64,000 nucleotides of DNA. Origin: Chthoniobacterales bacterium. GTDB lineage: Bacteria; Verrucomicrobiota; Verrucomicrobiia; Chthoniobacterales; Chthoniobacteraceae. Position 1 is the first letter of the stretch. Every line of letters begins with the position of its first letter. Under the pieces are notes generated by a model. That model was not told where the DNA came from, did no database searches, and saw only the letters and a list, made by a program, of their open reading frames with translations. The position numbers and the translations under genes were made by a program. Below, piece after piece: positions 11,095 to 21,300 of the stretch. Location: NCBI GenBank assembly GCA_038207335.1, contig JBBQZX010000001.1:320001-384000 (forward strand), written 5' to 3'.

Positions 11095-13317
11095 TCACAG
11101 CTTTTTCAGTGCGCGGCGAGCGGCGCGCGAGACGTCTTCGGATTGGTTTTCCTGCAGGGCTTTGAGTGCGGGGATGGCTTCGCGGGCTTCGGGGCCGACG
11201 GCGGCGAGGCGCTCGCAGGCGAAGATGCGGACTTCGGGATTGTCGATCGCGAGGGCTTCCATGAGGTGTGGAACGGAGCGAACTTCGATTTTTTTCAAAG
11301 CATCGAGAGCGGCGGCGCGGTCGGCGTCGTTGTGGAGCAGTGCGATGAGCTGCGGGGCGGCGTCGCGCGCGGAATTGCCGAGTGCGCCGAGAGCCGCGGC
11401 GGCGGCGTGGTGTGGCTGCGGGTCGGCGTCTGCAAGAGCGGCGGTGAGTGTGTCGAGGCGCTTCTTTTTGTCGTGTTCGGTGCGCGCAAATGCGCCGAGC
11501 GCTGAGGCGCGAATTTCGGGATCAGGATCGTGCAATGCTTGTTCCAGAGCAGGTGCGACGGCAGGTGCGCCGGTTTTTGAAAGTGTCGCGAAGATTTGAA
11601 CACGGCGTTCTTTCGAGGCTGAGCCGAGCAATTCAATGAGACGCGGAGCGGCGCTCTCCGCGCCGGTTCCGATGCGGCCGAGCGCATCGAGGAGGGCGGG
11701 TTGCATCGTGGCGTCGCCGAGATTTTCTAGGAGAATGGGAATCGCCTCGGGCTGCGCGGGGCCGACATTTTCGATTGCAGTGCGGCGGACTGTGGCGTCG
11801 GGATCGCGTAGCGCGGCGAGCATCGCATCTCCCAGCGGGTGCGCTGCCTCGCCGAGAAATGGGATGAGCTGGAGCGCGGTGAGGCGCACGATGGGCTCGG
11901 CGTCGCGCATGGCAGTCTGCATGAGCGGCAGGATGATTTTGGAATTTGTGCGTGCGGCGACAAGGCCACCGAGTGCGGCGGCTCGCACACCGGGAGCGGC
12001 ATCGGCGCACGCTTTGACAAGCTCTGGGATCGCGGGTCGCGCGGGCGCGCCCATCTCGCCAAGTGCACGTGCTGCGGTGAGCCGAATGGTGGCATTTTGA
12101 TCGGAGAGTGCGGTGCCGAGCGGGAGCGCGGCCATGCCGCCCATCGACTGCAAAGTCTTTACGCTCCAGTGTTCGCGGGTGATGGCGTCGGGCATTTCGG
12201 TGGAAATTGCGCGCAGGATTTCGGGGACGGAGGCGGGGCCGATTTGGACAAGTGCGTCGATGAATGGCGGCGGTGGAGGCTGTCGATTCGCCATCGCGGC
12301 GAGAAGCGCTGGGATGGCGCTTGCGGAGGGCGAGCCGATGCGGCCGAGGAGATCGGCGGCGCGTCCAGCGATTGCGGGATTCGGATTTTGAAGGAGCGTG
12401 GAAAGCGCTGAGACGATTTCCTTTTGCTCGGAGTGAAAGAGCAGGAGGGAGCCCACGGCGGCGTTTCGCACGGATTCGTCTGGGTCGTTGAGCGCGTCTA
12501 GCAGGGGAGGGATGCAGTTTTTCGCGTCTGCTTCGATGGCTGGGAGGGCTGAGAAAATCGCTGCGCGTGTGACAGGGTCGCGCTCGGTTTTCAAGAGATC
12601 GATGAGCGCGGGCGCGGTGTCGCGCGCCTTCGCGCCGAGGCGGGCGATTGCGCGCGTGGCGGTGGCACGGGCGAGCGGCTCCGTCGCCGCGAGGGCGTCG
12701 CGGGTGGGCTGCAGCGCGTCGGTTCCGATCGCGGCGATGGCGTCGACGACTGCGCCGCGGACAGCGGGGTCGTTGTGGCCGAAGTTTGAAATTAGCGCGG
12801 GGATGGCGTCGCGCGCATCGGGGCCGATGCCGGCGAGTGCGGCGGCTGCTCCGGCGCGCAGCGAGGTGTCGGGCGCGGAGAGCGATTCGATCAGGGCTGG
12901 GATCGCGGCTTTTCCGATGCGCGACAGGGCGAATGCGGCGCGGAGCACGGCCTGCTGGCGATCGCGCTCGCGTCCGCCGCGAGGGGTGCGGCTGTCCATC
13001 GTTTTGATGAGCTCGGGGATCGCGGGCTCGGCAAGCGGGCCGAGATTCGCGAGTGCGGCGATGGAGTTGGACCAGACCTGTTTGTCGTTATCGTCGAGGG
13101 CTTTGATGAGCGCGGGGACGGCCTCTTTCGCCGCAGGGCCGGCGGCCTCGAGCTGGAGCGCGGCTTCGCGGCGTTTGTTTTGATCGGAGCCGGAGAGCTG
13201 CTGGATGAGGTTTGGGACAGGCTCGGCGGCAGGTGCGGGGGGGGCGAAGACGAGGAGGATCGCCGCCACGAATTGAGCGAGAGATCGCTTCCGGGATTTG
13301 GGTGGGATTCGGTGCAT
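11095..13317 (-). CDS. Exported HEAT/PBS-lyase-like repeat protein
   Basis: Many AxPxLxxxLxDxDxxVRxxAxxALG units; signal-like N-terminus at 13317. The ORF-track extension to 13662 overlaps the upstream gene. Confidence 0.88.
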   Translation of the reverse strand: MHRIPPKSRKRSLAQFVAAILLVFAPPAPAAEPVPNLIQQLSGSDQNKRREAALQLEAAGPAAKEAVPALIKALDDNDKQVWSNSIAALANLGPLAEPAIPELIKTMDSRTPRGGRERDRQQAVLRAAFALSRIGKAAIPALIESLSAPDTSLRAGAAAALAGIGPDARDAIPALISNFGHNDPAVRGAVVDAIAAIGTDALQPTRDALAATEPLARATATRAIARLGAKARDTAPALIDLLKTERDPVTRAAIFSALPAIEADAKNCIPPLLDALNDPDESVRNAAVGSLLLFHSEQKEIVSALSTLLQNPNPAIAGRAADLLGRIGSPSASAIPALLAAMANRQPPPPPFIDALVQIGPASVPEILRAISTEMPDAITREHWSVKTLQSMGGMAALPLGTALSDQNATIRLTAARALGEMGAPARPAIPELVKACADAAPGVRAAALGGLVAARTNSKIILPLMQTAMRDAEPIVRLTALQLIPFLGEAAHPLGDAMLAALRDPDATVRRTAIENVGPAQPEAIPILLENLGDATMQPALLDALGRIGTGAESAAPRLIELLGSASKERRVQIFATLSKTGAPAVAPALEQALHDPDPEIRASALGAFARTEHDKKKRLDTLTAALADADPQPHHAAAAALGALGNSARDAAPQLIALLHNDADRAAALDALKKIEVRSVPHLMEALAIDNPEVRIFACERLAAVGPEAREAIPALKALQENQSEDVSRAARRALKKL

Positions 13318-13330
13318 CGGTGCGGGATGG

Positions 13331-13387
13331 AAAACTTCGTCTCGGCGAGCGCACCCAAACCAACACGCGACGGCGCGTGTGCTCCCC
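13331..13387. repeat. REP-like intergenic palindromic element
   Basis: Minus strand GGGGAGCACACGCGCCGTCGCGTGTTGGTTTGGGTGCGCTCGCCGAGACG, with an ACACGCG/CGCGTGT hairpin, inside an operon gap. Confidence 0.5.
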
Positions 13388-13430
13388 AAAAGGGCGCGGG
13401 GACGCGGGAGACTTTTGCGCGCGGGGGGCG

Positions 13431-14789
13431 CTATGCGCTCAGCCCGCGGAGGGATCCGGTGCTGTCGCCGAAATGCGCGGACGGGGCGCCGACTCGGTCG
13501 AGCATGGAGACGAGCAGATTGGCCATCGGAGTCTCGGATGAGTAGCGGATGTGGCGGCCGGGAGTGATGGAGCCGCCGCCGCGACCGGCCATGATTATGG
13601 GCAGGTCCTCGTGGTTGTGACGGTTGCCGTCGCCGATGCCGCCGCCATACACGAGCATGCAATTATCGAGCAGGGTGCCGTCGCCCTCGGGGATCGATTT
13701 CAGCCGGTCGAGCACGTAGGCGAACTGCTGCATGTGGAAGGTGTTGATGTCGCGAATCTTTTCCTTTTTCGCCGGGTCGCCTTGATGGTGGGAAAGATTG
13801 TGATGGCCGTCGTGCACGCCGATGTTTCGGTAGCTCCGGTTGCTGCCTTCATTTGCAAGCATGAATGTCGAGACGCGCGTGACATCGGCCTGAAACGCGA
13901 GCACGAGCATGTCGCACATCAGCCGTGCGTGTTCCTCGTAGCTCTCCGGGATGCCGTCGGGAATCTCGTATCCAGCCGCGGCAGATATGTCCGCACCGGC
14001 GACAGTTTTCTCCGCCCGCTCGACGCGCTGCTCGATCTCGCGAATGGCGACGAGATACTCGTCGAGCTTCTGTTTATCGCGCCCGCCGACTTTGCCGCCG
14101 AGCGATTTTGCGTCCTCCAGCACGAAGTCCAGGATGCTCTTTTTCAACGCAGCTCGGCGCGCCTGACTTTCGCCTGCCTCGCCCGGAATCGCACTTGAGA
14201 AGAGCCGCTCAAAGACTGCGCGCGGATTGATCTCATGCGTCATCGGCGTCGATTCGTTGCGCCATGAAATGTTGTTCGAATACGCGCAACTGTAGCCGGT
14301 GTCACACTTCCCGCCCTGTCGTCCAGGTTCCAGACCGAGCTCGAGCGAAGCGAAGCGCGTCTCTTTTCCGAGCACCGACGCCGCGACCTGGTCGGCGGAA
14401 ATGCCGACGCGAATCTGCGACCCCTCGCTCTTCAGCGGCTGCGCGGCGGTGAGCCAGCTTCCGGCGGAGCGCGCATGATCGCCGCCGCCGTCGCCATTCG
14501 CGCGGCCTTTGTCCTGCGCGAGTCCGCTGAGCACGAGGAGGTCGTTTCGATGTGCCTGCAATGGTTGAAGGATGTGCGGGAGATCGAAAACCGCGCCTTC
14601 CGCGGCAGGCGTCCAGTCGGCCATGTTCGCGCCGTTCGGCACGAAAAAGAAACCCATGCGGATGGGGGATTTCGCCGCTGCGGCTGCCAGAGCTCGAGTC
14701 GGGAGCATGGCGTCCAGCATCGGCAGGGCGATCATGGCGCCGAGGCCGCGGAGGAAAGTGCGGCGTGGGACTTGGAGGTGATTTGTCAT
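13431..14789 (-). CDS. DUF1552-family protein (Tat-like signal)
   Basis: RRTFLRGLG...LPMLDAM, FFFVPNG, GDHAR, ISADQVAA, HHNLSHH, EGDGTLLDN, GNRHNHEDLP. Confidence 0.92.
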   Translation of the reverse strand: MTNHLQVPRRTFLRGLGAMIALPMLDAMLPTRALAAAAAKSPIRMGFFFVPNGANMADWTPAAEGAVFDLPHILQPLQAHRNDLLVLSGLAQDKGRANGDGGGDHARSAGSWLTAAQPLKSEGSQIRVGISADQVAASVLGKETRFASLELGLEPGRQGGKCDTGYSCAYSNNISWRNESTPMTHEINPRAVFERLFSSAIPGEAGESQARRAALKKSILDFVLEDAKSLGGKVGGRDKQKLDEYLVAIREIEQRVERAEKTVAGADISAAAGYEIPDGIPESYEEHARLMCDMLVLAFQADVTRVSTFMLANEGSNRSYRNIGVHDGHHNLSHHQGDPAKKEKIRDINTFHMQQFAYVLDRLKSIPEGDGTLLDNCMLVYGGGIGDGNRHNHEDLPIIMAGRGGGSITPGRHIRYSSETPMANLLVSMLDRVGAPSAHFGDSTGSLRGLSA

Positions 14790-14869
14790 GGCGTATGCGG
14801 ATGAGGATTTTTAGCAGGAAAGCGAAAAAACAGGAAGAAAGGTCGGGGGGTGAACGCCTGAGCGGGCGA

Positions 14870-17197
14870 TTAGTTTTGCGCCACGGTGTCGGCTTTGCGT
14901 TTTAGAAACGGCTCGCTCGTGACGATGCCTGCGATGAGCGCGGAAAATCGGTTGCCGTTTGGCCCCATTTTTTTCACGACTTCCTGCACGGCGCAGCGGT
15001 CGTAGTAATCGAGTCCGCGGCCGAGTGCGTAGGTCATCAGCTTTTCGGTCAAGTTCGTCACGAAGGGCTTGCCCGATTTCAAGACGACCTTGAGGTCGCG
15101 CGCGTCCTTGAATTCCTTTCCGCCTGGCAGTTTGCCGGAGGCGTCGATCGGGAATTTCCCGTCCACCGTGCGGAAGGCACCGGTTGCGTCGAAATTTTCC
15201 AGCGCGAATCCGAGCGGGTCCATTTTCTTGTGGCAGCTCGCGCATTCGGGCCGCGCGACGTGCTCCTCGAGCCGATTCCGCAGCGACGCGCTTTGATTCA
15301 CGGCTTTCTGCTCGCCAAGCGGCGGTACGTCGGGCGGCGGTGGGGAAGGGGGCGTCCCGAGGATTTGCTCCAGGATCCATTTTCCCCGGATGACCGGCGA
15401 GGTGCGCGTCGGCGTGGAGGTGGAAAGCAGCACACTGCCCTGTGTCAGGACACCGCCACGGGGCGAATCTTTTGGTAAATTCACGCGCCGAAAATTGTCC
15501 CCGGACACCCCGTCGATTCCGTAAAATCGGGCGAGCTTTTCATTCAAAAACGTGAAGTTGCCATCGAGCAAATCGCGGACGTCGCGGTCTTCCTGCACGA
15601 CGGCTTGGAAGAAAAGTTCCGTCTCCTCGAGCATCGCGCCTTTGAGCGAGTTGTCCCATTTTGGGAAAGTCTCGGGATCGACCGCGACATCCCAGATATT
15701 GCGGATTTGCAGCCACTGGCCGGCGAAATTGTGGACGAATTGCCGCGCTCGCCAGTCCTTTAACATCCGCGCCGCCTGCTTCTCGAGATTGTTGTCTTCG
15801 CGAAGTTCGCCGGCTTCCGCGAGCTGCATCAGTTCGGCGTCGGGCATCGAACTCCAGAGGAAATAGGAGAGCCGCGAGGCGACCTCGACGTCCGTGAGCG
15901 CGCGCGTCTCACCGGGCTTCGTGTCGCGCGGGTCGAGTTCCCAGCGGTAGAGGAAATTCGGCGAGCAAAGCGCTGCCTGCACCGCTGCCTGCATCCCTTC
16001 CAGAAACGTCCCCTTTTGCTCCAGTGTGAGATCGACGAAATGCGCGAGTCGCTCGACTTCCGCATCGGTAACCGGGCGTCGATACGCGCGCTGCGCAAAC
16101 GGCCGAAGCAGATCCGCCGCGCAGTCATGCTCGCGGCCCGGCAAGGGCATCCGTGTGACGAGCCGCCGATGGCTCTCCGGCAGTGCGGGGCCGTCGGTCG
16201 AGGGCGTCTCGATGTTGATGTAGTTGACGAAAAGATTCCGGTCGCCGCGAAGCTTTTCGTCGGGATTCTTCGTGTCGTTGTAGTTGTTGAGATACGCTAT
16301 CGCGACCCGCTGGAGGCCCGCGTCGATCTTGGCGCGCACCTCGAAATTCGCCGCCCTTTCATTTGGCACATCGAAAACGCGCAGCTCTTTTCCGCCAACA
16401 CGCAGCGCGAGTTTGGGGGCATCGCTCCCCGCCTGCTCACCGTATGCGCGGATGTGGAAAACGTATTCCCCCGTCGTGGGAAATTGAAACTCAGAGACGG
16501 CTTCGCCTTCCCGATAAAGCCCGAACGCACCGCCTTCCGTCGGATGATTCGCGCCATCCTGCGCGGCGAAGCGCGTGCCGTCGATTCGATTCGATACAGG
16601 CTTCCGGGCCGACTCCAGCACGATCGCCCGCTCGGCGATCTCCTGAGCGGCGGCGAGGAATTTCTCCATCAGCATCGGCGAGAGCGAGAGCACGTCGCCG
16701 TTATTGTCAAAGCCGTAGCCGACCTCGTCGTTCGGAAAATCGGTTGGCTGATAATCGACGGCGAGCAGGTCGCGAATCGTGTTGCGATACTCCTCGCGGT
16801 TGAGCCGCCGGATCGTGACGCGGCCAGGATTTGGCGATGCCTTGCAGTCAAGTTGCGAGAGCTGGCCGTCGATGTAATTCATCACGAGCGCCCGCTCCGC
16901 CTCAGTCGGTTGCGGCTTTTTCTCGGGCGGCATGTCGCCGGATTCGAGCTGCTCGGCGACTTTCTCCCACACCTCGCGATTGTCGGTGAGCTTCGCATTT
17001 CCGCCGACGCTTTCGAGATTCACGTCTCCCTTTTGCTTTTTGGAGTTGTGGCAATCGTAGCAAAACTCCTGTAAGAGTGGCTTCACGTGCCCGTCGAGCG
17101 TGACGGGTCCATCGGCCGCCGAGGCAGTAGCTACGAGCATCCCCGAGCCGAGGAAGCCCAGGAAAACGCTGCGGACGCTGGTGGAAAATGGCTGCAT
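14870..17197 (-). CDS. Planctomycete-type c-cytochrome protein with DUF1587/1595/1592/1588/1585 domains
   Basis: CYDCH and CASCH heme motifs, RRLNREEYRNTIRDL, ASRLSYFLWSSMPD, NFAGQWL, RTSPVIRGKW, YALGR. Start uncertain (17221/17197/17140). Confidence 0.92.
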   Translation of the reverse strand: MQPFSTSVRSVFLGFLGSGMLVATASAADGPVTLDGHVKPLLQEFCYDCHNSKKQKGDVNLESVGGNAKLTDNREVWEKVAEQLESGDMPPEKKPQPTEAERALVMNYIDGQLSQLDCKASPNPGRVTIRRLNREEYRNTIRDLLAVDYQPTDFPNDEVGYGFDNNGDVLSLSPMLMEKFLAAAQEIAERAIVLESARKPVSNRIDGTRFAAQDGANHPTEGGAFGLYREGEAVSEFQFPTTGEYVFHIRAYGEQAGSDAPKLALRVGGKELRVFDVPNERAANFEVRAKIDAGLQRVAIAYLNNYNDTKNPDEKLRGDRNLFVNYINIETPSTDGPALPESHRRLVTRMPLPGREHDCAADLLRPFAQRAYRRPVTDAEVERLAHFVDLTLEQKGTFLEGMQAAVQAALCSPNFLYRWELDPRDTKPGETRALTDVEVASRLSYFLWSSMPDAELMQLAEAGELREDNNLEKQAARMLKDWRARQFVHNFAGQWLQIRNIWDVAVDPETFPKWDNSLKGAMLEETELFFQAVVQEDRDVRDLLDGNFTFLNEKLARFYGIDGVSGDNFRRVNLPKDSPRGGVLTQGSVLLSTSTPTRTSPVIRGKWILEQILGTPPSPPPPDVPPLGEQKAVNQSASLRNRLEEHVARPECASCHKKMDPLGFALENFDATGAFRTVDGKFPIDASGKLPGGKEFKDARDLKVVLKSGKPFVTNLTEKLMTYALGRGLDYYDRCAVQEVVKKMGPNGNRFSALIAGIVTSEPFLKRKADTVAQN

Positions 17198-17345
17198 TTT
17201 TGGCACTAGAGTGTGGTGCACGCGGATAACCGCTGCAAGCGGCAGGGATTAGAAGGATTGCGCTACCCGTGCGGCGAGACGCGCGCACCATCGAGGCCCC
17301 TGCAAATCGCCTTGCCAATCGCTGGGGCACCGCGACGGTTCCGCC

Positions 17346-18149
17346 GTGTTTTCAAATCGCAAAATCGCGCTTCTTGCCACCGGCTTCGCTCTCGTTTGCA
17401 CAACTCTGCGCGCACAGGTTGCCGAGCCGCGCGTCATGCTCGCCACGCCCGTCATCCGCACGATCAACGACGCCGTGCTCGCCGAAATCCGCAGGATGCC
17501 CTCTGGCGGCGGCTACGCCACGACCTCCAGCGCGATGGACAAGCTGCAGGAGGCCACGCTCGCCGAGCCCGGGATGCTCGAAATTCACACCGCCGCGGCG
17601 ACGCCGAGCTTCTGCTCCGGCGCCACGTATCTCGTCTTTTTGAAAGTGGTCGAAAAGCTCGTGGATGAGCAGCGGGTGCCACTTTCCACCGAGGCAATCG
17701 CCGCGCTGCCGATCCGCAGGCAGGCCGATGGCGTAGGCGTCTGGGGCCGTTGGAATGCGAACGGACCCGGCACCGCGCGGCTCTTTCACGAGCTCGGACT
17801 CGGGCGAAATTTCACCTCCATCGACGATGCGCTTCCCGGCGACTTCTTGAAGATTTTTTGGAACGACCAAATCGGTTCCCGCGAGTTCGGGCATTCGGTG
17901 ATTTTCCTCGGCCGCGCGGCGACTCCGGCGGGCGCTCCGGCGATCCGATTTTGGTCGTCGAACAAACCCGGCGGCTACGGCGAGCGAGTCGTGGAGCTAA
18001 CGAAGGTCAAGCGCACGCTGTTCTCTCGCTTCGAGCATCCTGAGCGCCTCAGCGCCGCACCGGGACTCGGGAAAGATGCATATCTCGCCGCTATGTTGAA
18101 GCGGGCGAGCACGGCAGACGAAATGGGGAAAATGGTGGGGCTGAGATAG
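17346..18149 (+). CDS. Secreted hypothetical protein with a papain/NlpC-P60-like Cys-His arrangement
   Basis: Signal peptide; FCSG...PGDFLKIFW...GHSVIFLG. Confidence 0.7.
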   Translation: MFSNRKIALLATGFALVCTTLRAQVAEPRVMLATPVIRTINDAVLAEIRRMPSGGGYATTSSAMDKLQEATLAEPGMLEIHTAAATPSFCSGATYLVFLKVVEKLVDEQRVPLSTEAIAALPIRRQADGVGVWGRWNANGPGTARLFHELGLGRNFTSIDDALPGDFLKIFWNDQIGSREFGHSVIFLGRAATPAGAPAIRFWSSNKPGGYGERVVELTKVKRTLFSRFEHPERLSAAPGLGKDAYLAAMLKRASTADEMGKMVGLR

Positions 18150-18317
18150 GGCGGGAGAGCACGCCGAAAACCGAACGGCTGCAACGCGCCCTCAACTTCT
18201 TTAGATTTTGGCAATCATATCGATTTCCAGAAATGAGCGGTTGTGGAAGCGATCAATGTGTCTTAGAGCCAGCGAAGATCGGCGTCGTGTCGGTCATATT
18301 CAGAACTCCCTAGAATT

Positions 18318-21300
18318 ATGAGTCTTGTCCGTCCCCTCCCTGCGCTGTTTTGCGCTCTCGTCCTCGCGGTTTCTTCCCACGGCGCTGCGCCGATTCGGAT
18401 CATGCCGCTTGGCGATTCGATCACCGATGGTTCGTCGTACGATTCGCCGGATGGGACGGGTGGGTATCGCGGGCCGCTATTCGATGCGCTGACGGCTGAC
18501 GGCTACAATGTGGAGTCTGTCGGCTCGCTCACGATCAACAGCACGCTGCGTCCACTGGCTGAGAAATCGCACGAGGGACACAGCGGATGGCGCATCGATC
18601 AGCTCGATTCCGGCATTGCCGGCTGGTTCGAGACTTTCCCCGACCCGGACGTGATCCTCATGCATATCGGGACCAACGATTTCGGGCAGAATCTCAACAC
18701 CACGACCGCGATCGACCGGCTCGATGCGCTGATTTTGAAGATCACGCAACTGCGGCCCTACGCGCATATCGTCGTCACGAATCTCATGGAGCGCGGCGAG
18801 CCCCAGAACGCGGCGATTCAGGCCCAGTTCAATCCCTACGTGCAGGCTCGCGTCGATGCGCACGCGGCTGCCGGGCGGCGCGTCACATTCCTCGACATGC
18901 GCTCCGCGGTGCCGCTCTCGGACATGCCGGATTCGCTGCATCCGGATCAAAATGGATACGTCAAAATGGCGGCTGCGTGGCTGCCCAAGATCGAGGCGAT
19001 CATCGGACCGGATGGCGATGCGGCTCCGCCGGAAATCGCCCGAGCTCGCGGCGCGGCGGATCGCACGCACGTCGCGATCACCTTTAGCAAGCCGGTCGCG
19101 GACAGCGCGGCGACTGCGTCGAATTTCACCCTCAGCGGGGGGATCACTGTCTCCGCCGCGACGCTCAGCGCGGACAAGCGCGTCGTCACTTTGACCACGA
19201 GCACGCAGACGCTCGGCACGACCTACACCGCGACCGTGAGCGGCGTGCAAGATCGGCTTTTCGCCCCCAACTCGATCGCACCGGGGAGCACGAAGACCTT
19301 CGCCGCCGCCACCCCGCGCGGCTATCTCAACAACGTGCCGGAATCCGTCGGCTACACGCTCGCCTGCTCGCTCGACGTGCCGAATCTCGCGAACTACTCG
19401 ACCGCGCAGCCCACCTACAGCATCGACAACCGCAGCGCCGTCGGGCCGTTTTCTCGCGTCGCCTATTACGTCGAGCTCCAGAGCGCGAGCGGCGACTTGC
19501 AATACCTGTGGACGTCGATGAACGCCTTCACGAGCGACGTGAATAAAATCGCGGTGCCGACGGCGGCGACCGGCGCGGTCTTTCAGCAGAACGTGGCGAG
19601 TCTCAATGTCGTATCAAATGTCCCGGGAATCGTGACTGGCACAGGCTTGGCGGGGAATCTTGAGTTCTGGCCGACCAATTATAGCGCGGAGAATGGCGTG
19701 GGGATTTCCGGCGCGAGCGACGCGACTTACGACTTCGGCGACACCATCACGCCGAGCGGAACTTACGGCTCGATGCAGCTCCACAACGCCGCCGCCGGGC
19801 AGACGCTTTTCGCTTTCAACAACTGGGGCGGCGCGACCACTAACACGAACGCCGACCTCGGCATCGGCACGAATCCCGGCGCAAGCGGCAATGGAAGCGG
19901 CCCGCAGCCCGACTGGACCTTCAGCAACAGCGCCGGCAACTACTCGATCAAGACCATCCAGGTGCTCGTGCAAACCACAGGTGACCTAACCGGCCCCACG
20001 GCCGCCTCGGCATTCGCGAGTTTCGGCCGCACCACCGTCACCGTCAGCTTTTCCGAGCCGCTCGCGGCGGGCTCGGTAAAAGCGGGAGACTTCACCATCG
20101 ACAATGGCGTCGTCGTCCTCGGCGCCACCCTCGCGGCTAATCAGCGCGACGTGATCCTCACCACCACCACGCAGCCTGTCGCGCCGCTCACTCTCACGAT
20201 CAGCGGCATCCGCGACTCCTCGCCGAATGCCAATCTCATCGCGCCCGGCTCGACCATCGCTGTCTCCGCACCCGCGCTCCCTCCCGAGATCGTCGCGAAT
20301 GTCGGCGCGGCTTCGAACGGCTACGAGCTCGTCTATTCGCTCGATGTCCCGGTCACCGGGAATCTCAACGCCGCGGGTGCCGCTGCGTATTCCGTCAATG
20401 ACTCGACGGCCGGTGCGCCATTCACCCGTGTCGCCTATTACCTCGAACTGCAAAAGACCGGCCAGCCTTCGCAATTCGCGTGGGTTTCCATGGATGCCTT
20501 CAGTGCGGGGCGCAAAAAGCTCGGCGTGCCGACGGTCGCCAGCGGCGCGTTTTTCCAGCGGAATGTGACGAACATGGAGGTCGTCTCCAACGTCGCCGGC
20601 GTCGTGAACGGCAGCGGCATCGCTACTGGCAACCTCGAGTTCTGGCCGAGCAACTACGCCGCCGCGAAAGCCGCCGCCAGCCCCGCCAATGCCGACGACG
20701 CCACCCTCGACTTCGGCGACAGCGGCGCGAGCACCGGCGCGGGCTACGGCTCCATGCAGATTCACAATTACGGCGCCGCCCAGACCGTCCTCGCCATCAA
20801 TCACTTCGGCGTGGACGGCCAGCCTCTCGACGTCGGCATCGGCACGAACCCCAACGCCTCCGCCAACGCTTCCAACGGGCAGAAGGACTGGACCTTCACC
20901 AGCAACGCCGGCACCTACTCCCGCCGCATCCTGCACGTGCTCGTCCTCCCCGGCGTCACCACACCGCCCGCCGTCACCGCCATCGTCCCGGAGGCCGCGA
21001 ATTACCAACTCCTCTACACGCTCGACATCCCGACCACGGGCAATCTCGTCAGCGGCACTGGCTTCCAGCCTTACACAGTTAATAACGCCGCCGACGTCGG
21101 CCAGTTCAAGCGCGTCGCCTACCTCATGGAACTCCAGAAAACGGGCGACGCCTCCACGCAATACGTCTGGACCTCCATGGACGCCTTCTCCACCGACCCG
21201 TTGAAAGTCGGCGTCCCGACGCCCGCATCAGGCGCGGTCTTTCAGGGGCCGGTGGCCAATATGAACGTCGTCTCGAATGTAGCGGGTGTCGTCAACGGCA

